Source: Phoronis australis
Lineage: Eukaryota > Animalia > Phoronida
Length of the DNA: 64,000 nucleotides
Reading direction: 5' to 3'
Assembly: GCA_002633005.1 (NCBI GenBank)
Contig: NMRA01000105.1
Location: 933,162-997,161, forward strand
Part shown: in pieces, positions 25,693 to 40,091 of the stretch
Layout of the letters: every line of letters starts with the position of its first letter
How positions within the stretch are numbered: the stretch's first letter is position 1
Notes under the pieces: model-generated
Told to the model about the DNA's origin: nothing
Database searches by the model: none
The model's input: the letters and a program-made list of their open reading frames with translations, nothing else
Made by a program: the position numbers and the translations under genes

Positions 25693-28600
25693 CTTTATAT
25701 AGATGAAATGCAGCCTATGCTTCAGCCTCGCAATTTTGTGTATGCAGCCACTGAGCCGCAAGCTGCCGTGATTGAGTAAAATACTTTAATAGCTTCAGGC
25801 ACATGCCATGAAGGAATTGGCTTTGTGTCGAAATAGTGCAGAATTAAAAACAAATTCAGTTATCTATATGACTTGATGAGCTTGCCTCGCGGATAAAACA
25901 AATGTATTAATCGCTCACGTACAAGATGATCAGAATGTCCAATCCAAAGCACAAACACGAGTCTGTGATAGTGCGACTTAGTGAATGTTGTAATGACCAT
26001 TACGCAACGGTCGTGCAATTAAGCGGTGACGTTCGTACATTCAGTTTACACGCTCATCAGCGCGTGGGAAGTAAAAGCTCCGAAAGAAAGCAGATATCGC
26101 CTGCAGCGAAGTGACGCCAGCATTTGCGCTGTGGTACAGAATTAATTAGTCATACATAGACTCCGAACTCAATTCGCGCCAAGAGCTGCAGATGTACTAC
26201 TAGGTATATGTGACGACACTGCTAAAGTGTCAATCGAATAAAAAACAAATAAACGGAATTCTCGGTGTACGTGAACTATGAGGAACATCTTAGGAGTTGG
26301 TTTTAAAGAAACAATATCGCTTTTACGGCTAAAAAGAGCATTTTTGGAATTATTGTGAAATGGCATAGATTTATCCACGTTATAAGCTTAACCTAGAGCT
26401 ATAAAACATCAAAATCCGTTGTGTTTCTTGTGAGTTTATTCTAGCCATTCTCTGCCAAACATCCGTTGAAATCAGCCGAGGCTGACGGATTTAACATTTA
26501 AATATACTTCGAGGGGGGTTTATGCTCAGCGCCAGAACGTTAGGCTGGATCTGCGGAGGTCGCGGCCTCGATTCCACACTACCGTACGGGTGATTTCGGA
26601 AAAAAAAAACACTTATATCGCCCATAATGTTCCCATAAACACATGTGCTACGATTTAGAAAAATCGCAAGGGCAGTATTGTTCTCGTGAAATCAGACACA
26701 AGTACCACATAAAAATGATCTTCCCGAATTTGTAACTTAACATGATATCTAAGAAAGTGATCTATGAGAAATGTATTGCTACATGATCTTTTGACAGCAA
26801 GAATTTTTCTAAGGTATATTCGAGACGTAATACACAATAACGGTAATATTTTTTACAAAAAAAAGATTAATTGCGGACCTCCATGTGACGTGCAAACGAA
26901 TTGAAACAAATAGGCAATATTTCCGGAAAAATTTGATAAGGTTTATCGATATAATTATTAGAATGTTACTAAATTTAATCACCTGTTAATTAATTACTTC
27001 AAAACATGAGCGTTAAGCCAGGTGTACGATTGCATTCAACTGAGACCCGTCTAAAGAATAGTGTAAAGCCAATGCAAATCTCACTCAGGCTCAGCCGGGA
27101 TCATGTTTAGGATCTACATACAGCCGAGTAGGAAGAACCTTTGACGCACATATACATCTGCATGTAGGCGACTGCACGACCCGTTGAAAAATAAAGATGA
27201 CTTGGGGAAGGCGATGGAGAGCAAAGCAAATGATACATTTATCGCAGTTTCGCACATATCCATTGCAGTTATCTGGGTACAGACCGTAGTAGTAAAGGGA
27301 ATGGACGTTCTAAACATCAAGTTGCATATACACACACACATACAGAAATAGGCAGTGTCCAACGTGCCCTCTTTGTCAAAAACTCGGTCTTCTGAGGACG
27401 AGAACCATTGCGCCGTGGGTTTATAATATCAGTGTGCATCGGTATCCCGAATAAAGAATGGTATTTCCCCCATGTGGTCTTAGTCATCCACGAACAAACG
27501 CAAAATCAAGAGAAATTATTCACATGGAATCGCTATAGTACATGTGCATGTTGAAAATGTACCGTAGATTATGCAACATACAACATGAATTCTGGGAATT
27601 TACTGCGGTTTTTACACATTTTCATGGGTTTCCCATGAGTGCTCAAAGACTTTCATGACAATTTCACGATAATCTCCAGGAACCAGGATTTTTCCATCAA
27701 AACGCGGAGGAAAAGCTGTTTTTGTTAATGGCAATATGTATACTTGAATCAATGCATGTGACGATCATGCGACATGACTCACAGAATTGAATTCTCTTAT
27801 CTTTGTGTATTCCACCATTTTTACCTCTTTCATTCAAGTTTCTGTGAGATTTTCAAGTTTGATAACTGGTGTTTTTTTCAATCTGTTTTATGATCACTTG
27901 ATACCGGGCTGTTGAAAACGATTGCGTGAATTTAAATCAAACTAGTTTCCCCTCACGCGACCGTTCATAAAATATTATCAGCGATTCAAATGTTCTAGTG
28001 GTTATCTGACTACATGATGAATTTTCAGTAATAAATACGACATATTTGTTGAAACTAACACGAACGCATCCCGACTGAACGATGTTGATGAGCAAGGGTC
28101 GCACCAGAGGAAAAATGAAAAATGAACAGCCGAAAAGCTTTCTGTTCACGAATAAATGTTTAGTATCCTCTCGTTTTCTAAACAGGCAATAAATTGAATA
28201 TACCTAAGGCAAGTTTTGCTAAAATGACACAACGTTGCGACATTCGCAACGTTTGGCTAAGTCTTTATTTAGACTCTGTGTAGATAAACGTCGCAAAGTT
28301 ACAATTGTTATTTGTGAATCATCGTGACTGGTTTGCACTCGTATAACGGGCCCATGTGGCCTCGAGGTTCGATAATAAATAATTCTTCCAATACCGTTAC
28401 CACGGGAACGTATCAACACGATGTTTAGTGCAATAATCAGGGACCAGCGAGACTTGAATTGTGAACATTTTGATTGTGTTCTTAATTCTGTCAACCAGTG
28501 CAGTTACATGTACACGTACATGTACATAGTGGGCGTGTTTAAGAGTAAAACAAGACTACACGACTACAGCAGTCAGGCATTGTAAAAGTCGCCGTGACTA

Positions 28601-31307
28601 TGAGCCAATGAGCCAGTTCTAAAGCAATAGCGAAATATAACTTCTTTTTAGATATAGAAATAATCTCTGCTCTGAGTTAAGAACAAGATAAGATAGGTTA
28701 TATAACGGCAAGTGGTCTAGTACAAAAGTTGTTTTTTTAGAGAGAACGCCCGGATTCATTGAATCTGTGAGTTCATATCCTTCAGCCAACGTATATTTTT
28801 GTCAGACTGGCCAAACATAGTGCAATCGGAACACATTGTTTTTAACCGGATATTGCTCATCAAGTATAGACAAAAACGTACAATTTTTGCGACTAAACAG
28901 TTTACATTATGAGTTAATATTCACACTTCGATAATCTCGATGAGCAAAATGCCATTACGGCGGAAAACCGCAGCATACTCTACAACGAACCTCCAGGCGA
29001 ATTAATGCCTGACGAAATTCTTGTGGCCGCGACACAATTGCCGGCGGCAAGATAAAAATGAATACTTTCAAAGCTAATTATTTAGCAAGTAAAAATTTAA
29101 AGATGAATTATGTTAATGATTGGCAACGATAGTACTGAGCAATAGCAACGTCAATGAATAGCACATGGAAGCCTCCTACAGCGGTTTACGTATCTAAGAG
29201 TTGTAAAACGGATGGGAACTACATAATAATTGGTTGAACGTCGCTAAGAGTTAATGAATTCAAGCAATTCATTTATTGAGAGTTTGTATTCTCCAACAAG
29301 AAACAGAACAAATACGTACTAAATAAATGAATACATAAAAAGAGAAACTGAGAAAAATTTGAATACCGAGTCTATAACATAATGAATATAAAGTACATGT
29401 ACATGTACCAATCTTTCGTGCGAGATGGATAAAACGTGATGCGAGATGCTGTCGGACTTAACCGTGGATACGCGCATGCCAGGGAAAGACGGCCAATGTA
29501 CTTTGTACATGATGTCTCTTTGCGTGCAGCGTATTCAGGTGATCTCTAATACATGTTTATTTCAAGCCGTTTCCAGTAAGGTTGCCGGAATCCCACAGTT
29601 ACCGACCGCTGTACCGGAGGGGCAACACCAACCTCCAGTTCCGGGACGCTGCTGAATGACAAAGTGCACAGAGTTATTGTACACGGCGAGGTCAGAAGAG
29701 GCACTGCCGCTTCCGACAGACTGTCACAACTATGTTTACTTTTTTCTAAAAGAACACGAATGTGTTCAATCTAAATAGCAAACCATGCCAACTGTTTTAA
29801 GCATGCCTCTTTAAAATGGCATCACACAACAATTGTCGAGATGATGTCACCTGAAATCATTCATCGCAAGAGGAAATTCTGTCACGGAGAAAGAATTCTG
29901 AAAATTTAGTCATAAGCGGATTTTAGGGAGGGGGGGAGGGCATGTGGTCCGCCTTTTCTCAATATGAAGCCGGCCGTGGACTGAGGTTTTACCTTCGTAA
30001 ATTCTAGTCGGGCCGACCCGCCAGTTATTTTCACTTAAGCTTTTCAGTTCAAGATATGTTTATGCATGTATAGGCTACTGTGTTATAAAGTGGACAGCTG
30101 ATTACCCCGGCTGTGAGCTGCGTGAACGGAAATATTCAATCTTGCCTAGAAAAGACGGAATTCCTCCCTTACCGATAAGGGAGGTAGACACACCGGTGGT
30201 CTTTCTATGTTCATCTTTAAAATGTGTAAAATTTCATTATAGGTCACAACGTGCTCAGTGTTTACCAATTTCACCAGAATTAGGTGCAGACCAGCGACTT
30301 TTTATCTGCTTAGTTGTCCTTTGAAAATGCGCCAAGTCAATTTTTGAACTAACGTATCATTTTATACGGACACACGGATCGCGAAACGCATTCGCAATGG
30401 ATACTGTACATGTACATGTAGTGTGCATCATCCACTATGCATTGCGCACCAATGGAAACGAGGCTTTCAGTGCAAATCCAGTGTTACCACCAATCCATTC
30501 TGGGTAAAATCGAGAAACTGGTCTTTCGAAAAGGCAATAAACTTTTGTCTTATATAAAAAACAACTTTGTTACTCCTTCAGACGAAGGACTATTAAACTT
30601 GTCACGGCTGGTTAGTTTCAGTCGTCAAGGTACACGTGTGGTTGTCAGGGACACTCCTGGTTATATAGGCTACTATAATATTGCACGTAGGTAAGACCAC
30701 TTTTGTATTGTAGCAGTTTCAGTTCAATGAAAGGGTAAGCACGCAATGATATTGGTCCAAGAATAGCAAACACATTTGAGAGGAAAGTTGATTTTAACAC
30801 CAGCCAGAACAAGGCTTTCAGCGACTAAAAGTTTATAAACATAACTACTACGGTATGTTTTATGAAAAGCGACTTTTAAGTCTTTTAAAAAAGACCAAAG
30901 ACAGAAATTTTGGTCACAGGATCCACATATAACTATTTATGAAAAATAAGTAAAATTAACTTTAGGAAAGAATAAGATACCCACAACAGTTATTTACTGA
31001 CAAAATTTGTAATTTTTCAGGCAATGATGTACTAATAATTACAATCACTTGGCGTGAAGTGGCAGCGTACGACCAAATTTCTGTCTTTTCACGAAACAGA
31101 ACCATGATGTCGACAGTTCATCAACTTCATTGTCAAAACTACGTTGTCAAATAAGACAATTACTTGGCATTTGGGTTCATCTGAGTGACAAATGCTAATC
31201 TTAGTGTACAAATCTAATAACTAAACACCCACCCCGACAAATGAACTACAACTAATGCTGTGCATGCAAAGTGCAAGTAAGCACAAGTCACGTGTATAGA
31301 CAGGGCT

Positions 31308-31384
31308 TGTGAGTGTGTGTGCGTGTGTGTGTGCGTGTGTGTGTGTGTGTGCGCGCGTGTGTGTTTGTGTATGTGTGTGTGTGA
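31308..31384. repeat. (TG)n microsatellite
   Basis: Direct reading. Confidence 0.97.
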
Positions 31385-32341
31385 TACCACAGCAATCAAA
31401 TTACCAGAGGCTACTCATTTGTCTTGCTTCACTGATGAAACAGACTCCGGACTTGTCTGATGATTGAAGACGACCGAGGTCGCACCTGATTATTTAAACA
31501 AATTAACGAGCATTCAACAATGTATACCTCCAATAGGCGGTTTCATGGTAAGGGTGTGACGAAACTGCAACTCAACTTATTAATTTTCCAAAATTGGGCT
31601 TTAACGGTATGAAAACTAGAGTTCAACAGAAAGGTAATAAAAATTCAACAGTTGAGCATTCATGACAAAAAGCTTATTCTAGAAAGCAGATTTTAGATAC
31701 CAATTCTTTTGTTAAAATATAACAAAACCAATTTGCTACTGGTCTGACATACTGAAACAATCTGTACATGATAGCTGTGGTTGGAAAACTGACTATCCTG
31801 ATGTATTTTCGAGAGATACGCAAATTGAAAAAAAAATAATTTCCATGTATTTTTAGACACTCAGTGCACATGTACACACGTGAAATTCTCTGACTGCACT
31901 ACAATTCAAACACGAGCAATAAACCATGCAAAAGGAAACAATTGGTTTCAAGCACAGACACGCACGTGACACCGTTCTTTTCCAAATGACACAATCAGGC
32001 TACCCGAACAACACGACAACGGCACTCACACAGTTCCTACACATACTTACACGGCTCACGAGCCTATGCCTGGAGACCACAAATCCATAAACACAGCTCA
32101 CATACTTCCAAACACGGGTTAACCATTTCCAAACACGTGCAAGACTCGCAAAAGGCGGGTTACCAGTCCAAACATAACTAGGAATGCTCACAAGAGACTT
32201 TTACTGCATCAACTGACCAACTCACTTGAATTCCAGATATCATAGTTCATTTTACCATGCTTGGTAAGACCCACTCTGCCCAAGACTAACCACACTCTTG
32301 CACTGAGCCACAAACAAATAGTTCAAGTTTACTAAAGTCAC

Positions 32342-32347
32342 TTTATT
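32342..32347 (-). promoter_or_regulatory. Candidate CHMP7 polyadenylation signal AATAAA (another at 32891-32896)
   Basis: TTTATT on the plus strand ~1.1 kb past the stop codon, followed on the minus strand by GT-rich sequence. Confidence 0.4.
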
Positions 32348-33421
32348 AATAAACTAAAAAAACAGCCGGTTTTATCCAGTATTGACCAAACTTGTTCATT
32401 TTCTTGTAACTAATAGAGCAAATCAAATAATGCTTCCCATGGCTGAGGGAATATTTAGACGAAACTTAGACTTCTTGTTTGTTGAAGTACTGATTGTGAG
32501 TGGATTTTTTTGTAGTTAAGAGACGGCCTGCATATAATTTTGATGCTGAATGGGATTCTAATAACACCAGAGAGGGTTGTGCAAGGTTTTGATTTTTGAC
32601 AACACTAAGCATTCAGGCATAGTCTTATTTGGGCAGCAAATCAGTGGAGTGTGCATCCACTAGCTATTCACTGAACACAGGCACTGAAGGAACCGGCACT
32701 TCATTGGGAACATAAATTGTGGGGTATCCGGCCTTTCGTGAGAAGGGTGGTTAGTCACAATGAAACTTGAGTCTGGGCTACCAAAAATGATTCAGTAACT
32801 GACAAACACAACACACTGAAATGGAGTCAGTGAGCCATGTTTGCAAGTCCTGAAGCCCGTTCCTAGTAAACTAAATTAGCTAAGACAAACTTTATTCAAT
32901 TTTAACATAAAACTTAAATTCGTCTTAAGTCTATTCCAAGGAAATAATTCTAAGTTTGACTTAAGTTTTTGACTCAAGTTTTGTCTTAAATTTGACTTAA
33001 CTTAGATTTAAGTAAAACATGAACTTAAGTTGGTTTCTTGAAACAGGACCGTAGCACATTCTTAGGTGAGGAGGCTAAAGTGAAGGAACTATATGTTCAT
33101 GAGTGTTCCAGCCGTGTTGTTCGGGTAGCCTGATAATAATATTCCCTTTGGAAAACGAGATGAATTTGAAATTGAACAACACACAGATGAACTTCCATAC
33201 AAGCCCTTCTGAGGAATCATCACCAAAACACTACAGCATTTAATGATAATTTCATATTGATCCAAACATTCCATTCTAACTATATTGAATTCAAAACCGA
33301 TCCATTTAAAGGGACATCATCACCAATAAAAGTGATTTTCTGAGATCAGTCCCAGAACATGTTTTTATACCTAAAATTATTATTTCAACTGTAATAGTTT
33401 GGCAATCTAGGGAAAACAATG

Positions 33422-33570
33422 TCAATCCCCTAATGTCAAGACAGCTTCAGCTGCCTTGTGGAGTTCACTTCCTTTAGGTGATTCACCATGCACAGAAAAG
33501 GTGAAGTTCAGCACCCCCCCTTGGGAGTTAGAAGTGTTCAGTGTGGTGTTTGGAACATCTGGCAAGGAAG
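33422..33570 (-). CDS. CHMP7: CHMP7 terminal coding exon 9
   Basis: Strong polypyrimidine acceptor (tttctctcgtttctctttttAG), and the phase matches exon 8. Translates (A)SLPDVPNTTLNTSNSQGG...GESPKGSELHKAAEAVLTLGD*. Gives a total CDS of 1377 nt, close to the known CHMP7 length. It lies 9.9 kb from exon 8, so it is less certain. Confidence 0.75.
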
Positions 33571-36042
33571 CTAAAAAGAGAAACGAGAGAAAAACAATGA
33601 GCACAACCAGCTGGGGGATATCGAAATATTTCTTCTGAACTAAGGTATAAGTGCCAACTCAAATTTTAAAATATAAGACGCAGACAGTACAATCCACAGA
33701 TTTTTCTATTACGTAATACTACAATGTCTCCAGAATTCTATATCAAAAAAATATTAAAAAATGATTTAAGTGTTGAATTCAGACACATTTAGTAAGACAT
33801 TACCAAGAATATTTACAGTGAAATCCCAACAAACTATGGCCCAATGTGGCATACCCGTAACAGGAAATTTTTTCCCGTTTTTTGAAAGTAGCCTCAAATA
33901 AACACTTAATTATTTCAATGTTCTGTAGACATGGCTATCATCAAAACAGTATTTTGAGAAATTGAAGCATCCACAGCAGCGTAACGTTGAAGTTTGTAAA
34001 CAATTTTCACAATTATGTTGTCTGAAACTAGTGACATTTTACAAAAGTGGATTTGGGGGGGCCTGCTGCCTAAGTAAATAAGGGCACTACCTAAGGACGT
34101 AAACAAAAAAATAAAAAACGCCCATGACGTACATGTACTATTTTTAGAGGTAACACCAAGATTTTTGAGAGAAACTTGTGAGTGGCCTCCTTGCAAAATC
34201 CTATGCGTCGGATGAGTGTTTCACCATTTGCATTCAAAACACGATTATTCTTGTGCTGTCATTTCACACATCAACCTCATTTTTGATGTTCATTAATGTT
34301 TCGGCAGCAATTTTTCCGGTCATCATCAGAGTAATATCAGGTGATACACTTTTACATGTATTAACAATTATTAATTATAATTATTAAATAATATTATTGT
34401 TATTTTTGGCAATTCCCATTTTAGAATCAATACTGCCTCCCATTCACTGGGACCATGATGTAATCAAAGAAGTCTCATCAGACAAATGTTCCTAAATAGT
34501 TTAATATCCTGGAATGATCAGAACACAAAAGACTCCCTTGACAAACATTAGCAGTAATAAAGGCTGCTTCAGCGAATATATGGCCACAGGCTCAGCAGTG
34601 ACTTGTTTAGTCACTGTCAACAGTACTCAAGGGGATAGCATTGGTATTTTTACAGAGCACCTTTAAAAAGACATAATCGGTTTTAGGGATTATTGTTAGA
34701 AGGGATGGACTTCCTCTTAACTTACATGTACAAGCTTTGACCAGAGCTATAAAACAACAAAATCTGATGTGTTTTTGATTTTCTTACAAATCACCATTTC
34801 TTGTCATTGGCTGCCAGTCTGTGACTCGTTGGAATCCAGGGTTATGATTAAATACATTAAAATAATTGGCTACTTACCAAATGGAGTTCAGCTCTGATAA
34901 AAACGTATTGGACCACAACCGCTAAAGTCACGAGTTTAAATCCATTTTGAAGCTCGTCTCAAAAAATTCTTTACTCCCTGATTATGTCACTTAAAGGGAT
35001 GCACTCATAGTTGTTGATAATGACAATTAATATTTCTGGGCAATAATAGTGACTGTCACTGCCACTAAACCACTCTTGGAAAGAATCAAAGATTATAGTA
35101 CGAGTGCCAGGAACTTCCTATCTCACTTCATTTTTCGCCCACATCAGACCAATCACTGCTAAGGAACAAAAGCTTCACAGCATGTTATCCGGGTCAGGCA
35201 GCGTTGGCTTAACAGATCTGGACACATGTGTTGTGATAGCCATCAACTTCCTTTTCTGTGATTAATATTACCTGGACAGACATGAGGGACCAGGTTCAGC
35301 CTATTCAAAAGCATGCAAATAGGTGTTTGAAAATGGTGATATGACACATTTCAACATGTTTCAGAAGTTCCGGGAGTCACTAAAAGAGGAAATGTTTTAC
35401 TTTTCCAAAGCACAAACCAAGAGTATTTAACTGACACAATACAAGATGGCTGCCTTGAGTAGCGTTCACTATAGCTGCAATAAACCATGGCCAGCCGTTA
35501 AAATAACTTTCTTCAAAAATGTATTTGTTCTTCCAAAGCATCATTGTGTTTTCATCCTAAGTTTAGAATTAATGATTGCGCTACAACACCTGGCATTCTG
35601 ACAATGGAATCACTACCTCGATGGCTGAAATTAAAACACCGCGGCAAGGAAAGTAACAGTCCTCGTCTGCAGTAATGATGAACTGTGACAGTAGTGACCT
35701 TTCCAAGCCTATAAATCATATCTAATCTGAGTAAGGAACGAGACCAGGCCAACTTTACAACAGTAAGTGGACGGAATAAAACTATTCAGCAAAAGGCGCG
35801 GGTTTATTGGACCTTTGACAGACACAGTGAATTCTAACATCTCGCTAAAGCAGCATAAATATTACACGAAAAAAATATTAGTTCCAGTTAAGTCTTAAGA
35901 TCGAAATCTGACAATTCCATGAAAAGGTACAATTATTTTTCACACAATACAGTGAATAAGTGAAACATTTTTTCAGGATCATCAAGAAAATTATAGTCTA
36001 TTATAACTTGGTTTCCACTTCACAGACATTATTATTTAATAT

Positions 36043-37670
36043 AACAAGAGCAACGCGGAGCGTTGAAATGCGCCCACGAATGCACCGCAAATGGTGTGCT
36101 TTTAGGGTTATTTATTTGTATCATAAAAATGGCCACTAGATGGCGCAAGAACGTACAATCCATCCAAAAACGGGAACATACCATATTTCATTAAAAAATC
36201 TGTTAAGGAACTTCAGAGAATCAAACGAATACAGAATAAACTGAAATTGCTACTTTTGGGCACAGCATCTGTTGGATCCACCTGAAAGTCATCGTTTGTT
36301 GTTATCTTCATATAAATAAACTTACTAAATTTAATAAAGATCCTGCAGTGGGTTTAGGAGATACAGCTACATGTATGGGTGCAAAACAAAACCATACTCA
36401 AAACATATACGCCAATTCTCAAAACCATACCTAGAATGATTAGGTTGATAGAGGGGTGGACACCAAAAACAAGATTTGAAAACAGCAAAAATGGCCACTA
36501 GGTGGCGCAAAATACCTCGATTCCAACCAAAAACAGGAGGATAGCGTCATCTCACCAATAGATGCCTATATTTGAAATTTTATGGAAATTTGTTGGGGAC
36601 CTTCGAAGACAGACTGGTAAACATAAAAAATAAAATTGCCACTAGAGGGCACACCAGTAGTCAGACCCATCTGAAAGTCATCGTCCTTCGTGGTCAACAT
36701 CATATAAATACACTTGCTAAATTAAGTAGAGATCCTGCAAACAGTTTAGGAGATACAGCCATGAGCGCAAAAAATGACACTAGGAGGCGCCAAAGTAGTT
36801 GAAGTCGTCGGAAAATCATCTTCTGCCGTCCACTTCATAGCAAAACATACAATTATCCTGAAAGCGGTTTGGTCGATAGACGAGTGGACACCAAAAAAAA
36901 GACTCAAAAACAGTAAAAATGACCACTAGGTGGCACAAACTAGGTCGAATCCATCTGAAAACGAAGAGATAATGTCACCTGATTAACAGATGCCTGTATG
37001 TCAAATTTTATGAAAATACATTGAGGACCTTTGAACATACAGAGGCCGTAAAAAAAATAAAATTGCCACTAGGTGGCACACCAGTAGTCAGATCTGTCTG
37101 AAAGTAATTGTCCTCTGTTGTTAACATCATATAAATACACTTACTAAGTTTAGTGATGATCCTGCAAATGGTTTAGGAGATACAACCATAGGCACAAGAA
37201 AAACAAAACTGCCACTAGGCGGCGCCACAGTAGTCGAAGTCGTCGGAAAATCATTGTCAGTCGTCCAGTTCATAGTAAGAACATACATCCTTTGAGCAGT
37301 TTGTTTGATAGAGGGGTGGATGTAAAAAAAACAGACTTGAAAACAGTAAAATTGGCCACCAGGTGGCACAAACTACGTCAAATCCATCTGAAAACGGGAG
37401 GATAGCGTCATCTCATTAATAGGTGCCTGTATACCAAATTTTATAAAAATCCGTTTAGGACTTTTGAAGAAACAGAGGTAAACACAAAAACTAAAATTAC
37501 CACTAGGGGCACACCGGTAGTCCGATCCGCCCAAAAGTTCGCTCATGCCGTCCCATTCACGCAACGAACACATGCAAAATTTCATGAATATATGTCAAGG
37601 CGTTTTTGGAGATAGAACAGTGGATGCCGGACGCCAGACACCGGACGCCACGGATGGAGATGACGGCATA
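36043..37670 (+). mobile_element. Helentron/DINE-1-like non-autonomous element with internal tandem array
   Basis: Starts AACAAGAG. Internal ~430-bp units built from ~144-bp subunits. GGACGCC/GACA-type microsatellite near the 3' end, ending ...GGCATAAAAA. Family assignment is inferred from architecture. Confidence 0.65.
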
Positions 37671-39742
37671 AAAATTATATTTCAGTAATTATTTTTGTCT
37701 GAAATAAGTTAAGAAGTCAGCAGTTAAAAGTGGGATAATGATGTTCCTTACGAGAAATGCTTCATGAATAGAAACAAAGCTTGCTTCAACATTGCATACA
37801 TAAAAACTGCAGAACAGAAATACAGTACATAAAACGAAATGACATAACAGAAGTGGAATATTTGCCTCATAAAGGCTGAGAGCAAGTGTGGAATTTAGTA
37901 TCAGAGTCCTTAGAAAGACCAGTGGTTATGGGGGCAGGGGNNNGGGGGGGTTCTTTGTCTGAGCAACATTTGGTATGCCATGCAAAATTTAAGGCCTATA
38001 CATGTTTAATGGAACACATTGGCAATAGCTGTTATTACACAAGAGAAGCTAATCACAATGAGGGTTAATTATATTGATCTTAGCAAAATTGGAGTCATGC
38101 AGTCTAATTCATTGCCTCTCTAGAATCAGTTATAATAATTTATACCTTTTGCACTCAGTTAATTGCAGTCAAGCAGCATAATCATAAGACTCTCAACTTG
38201 AAATAATTCCATGAGTGCTATCGTTTAAATTTTAATAATTTTGTTTGTTGTAGCTACCATGACATCACTCTGACACCATTGTTTTGCTAGGCATTTCTTG
38301 TTTTTAATGTAAAGGACCTGGTCACATGAACAACTAAACGAAGACTGAAGTCAAAAATCAAATTCTGCAGGCTTTTTTTTCAGAAAATGTGTATTTTTGT
38401 TAGATTAAGCTTAGTTTTTATAGTTTTATAGATATTTTAGAACTACAGAGACTTATCAAAAAGGAATCTATGTAACATCAACTATCTACTAAATATTCCT
38501 AAATAATGTGGACATTGCTGCTGCAATAGTCACTCACACGGGTTTGGGATTTAGAGAACCAGTTTATTCAGTGCATCAAAATTATTGGTTCTCAAAACGT
38601 GGGTCCCCTTTAAGTGATTATTACCGATATTTCAATAGAGAATGGCCGCATGAGCAGCAGTATCAGAACACGAAATATCATGTTTGACTAAGTCCGAGTT
38701 AAACTATACCAAGATATTGATTCTTATATGTTAAATTAGATAGGTAACATCTTGTACATGTAACTTCAAGAAACATTGGCCGACAATACAGGTAAGTAGA
38801 AGGTAATAAACAGTGATTGATCATGGCTTGTTCAAAGGTATGAAGTGATATAGTAGATTTGGTGAAAAGTAAAACTAGCGCTGAAGACACATTGAAAGAC
38901 GTCTGGCCATTAGGTTAATAAAGTGATTTTGTGATGGTAATTGAAAGAAAAGAATTAGCAAAAATCCTTTGAAGTTAGTACAGGCGAGACTAAAATTGCC
39001 ACAGCTTTCAAAGACAAAGAAATGTCAGACAGATTTAATAGAGAAATCAAAGTATACCAACAACTAACTGCTTGGCAAATATTCGATAGGCATCGAATGT
39101 TCTAATATGCCGCAGAGGGCTCTGGTTTATAGGCAGAGAGTAAATACAATGCATTGCAATATCTAAAGCTGTGCATGGTGAAAACAAATTAACATTCTAC
39201 AGAATAGGTGCAATCTAATCACAGCCCCAGTTGCTGAAACAGGATGGCAATTAGCAACAATTGAATAATGACCACAGATGAATCGGACGCATCTTTGCAG
39301 CATATAACCGAGAGGCCACAATTTCATTTTGAGAGTGAAGCTGTGTACGACTGAATAATCGATGTTGATTTGAATTGACCAGGTTTCCGGATACGCATGT
39401 CACAAACAATAAAGGAGGTACCTAAAAACACTGACACAATTCAGCGGAGGTTTATAGATCCACTAGAGGAAGACAATTTCTGCACTTTAATACACTTAGT
39501 TCACTAATTTTTTGAGGGTAAGTCACCTGAGGCTCAGGTTAACTGACTTTGGTCAGACGTGTATCAGTGGTTATACAAATCATTTCATAAAAATCCAACC
39601 AAGTATTAGGGGAATATGATTCTGAACGTCTTAGTTTTAACTGACTTACAAAACTGCCATCAAAAAGAGTCAACGTAGCTGGATATTTTGATTTTAAAAG
39701 TATAACAAGCTTGTATTCCTTAACAAAAAGGGCCTGGGATCA

Positions 39743-40091
39743 GGGTCTAATCCTTGCACTCAAAACCGAACTCAAAATTAGTTTTGACAGATTCCATTCT
39801 ACTCAAGATAAGTGTCCATTATTCTGTACTTGAGTAAATTTTGTATGTGAGTTTCCAGTCCATGTTCACACTTAATGACGCTTATATTCAAACTGCAAAC
39901 TCAAAATTTCAAGAAGAATCTCACCGCATTAATGCTGGGGTCATCCAGTGCAAAGTAGGATTACACAGTTATAGTCATGATGTACACTGGTGTAGAATAA
40001 TAGAAACCTGCTTTGAGTTCTCACACAAGTAGAATGACAGGAATTGTTGAACATAATTTTGAGTTCTAATTCGAGTATAAAGATTAGACCC
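39743..40091. mobile_element. MITE, PIF/Harbinger-like (related TIR at ~7666-7830)
   Basis: TIRs GGGTCTAATCCTTGCACTC..GAACTCAAAATTA / TAATTTTGAGTTC..GAGTATAAAGATTAGACCC with CAG-like flanks. Confidence 0.7.

Noticed and set aside
26520-26585. tRNA gene
   Set aside because: Only degenerate A/B-box resemblance and no complete cloverleaf; at most a SINE-head relic. The same applies to A-box-like bits near 19005 and 22485.
31430-31470. Hammerhead ribozyme (CTGATGA-CAGAC..GTCTG)
   Set aside because: No GAAA after stem II and no identifiable stem III or cleavage triplet.
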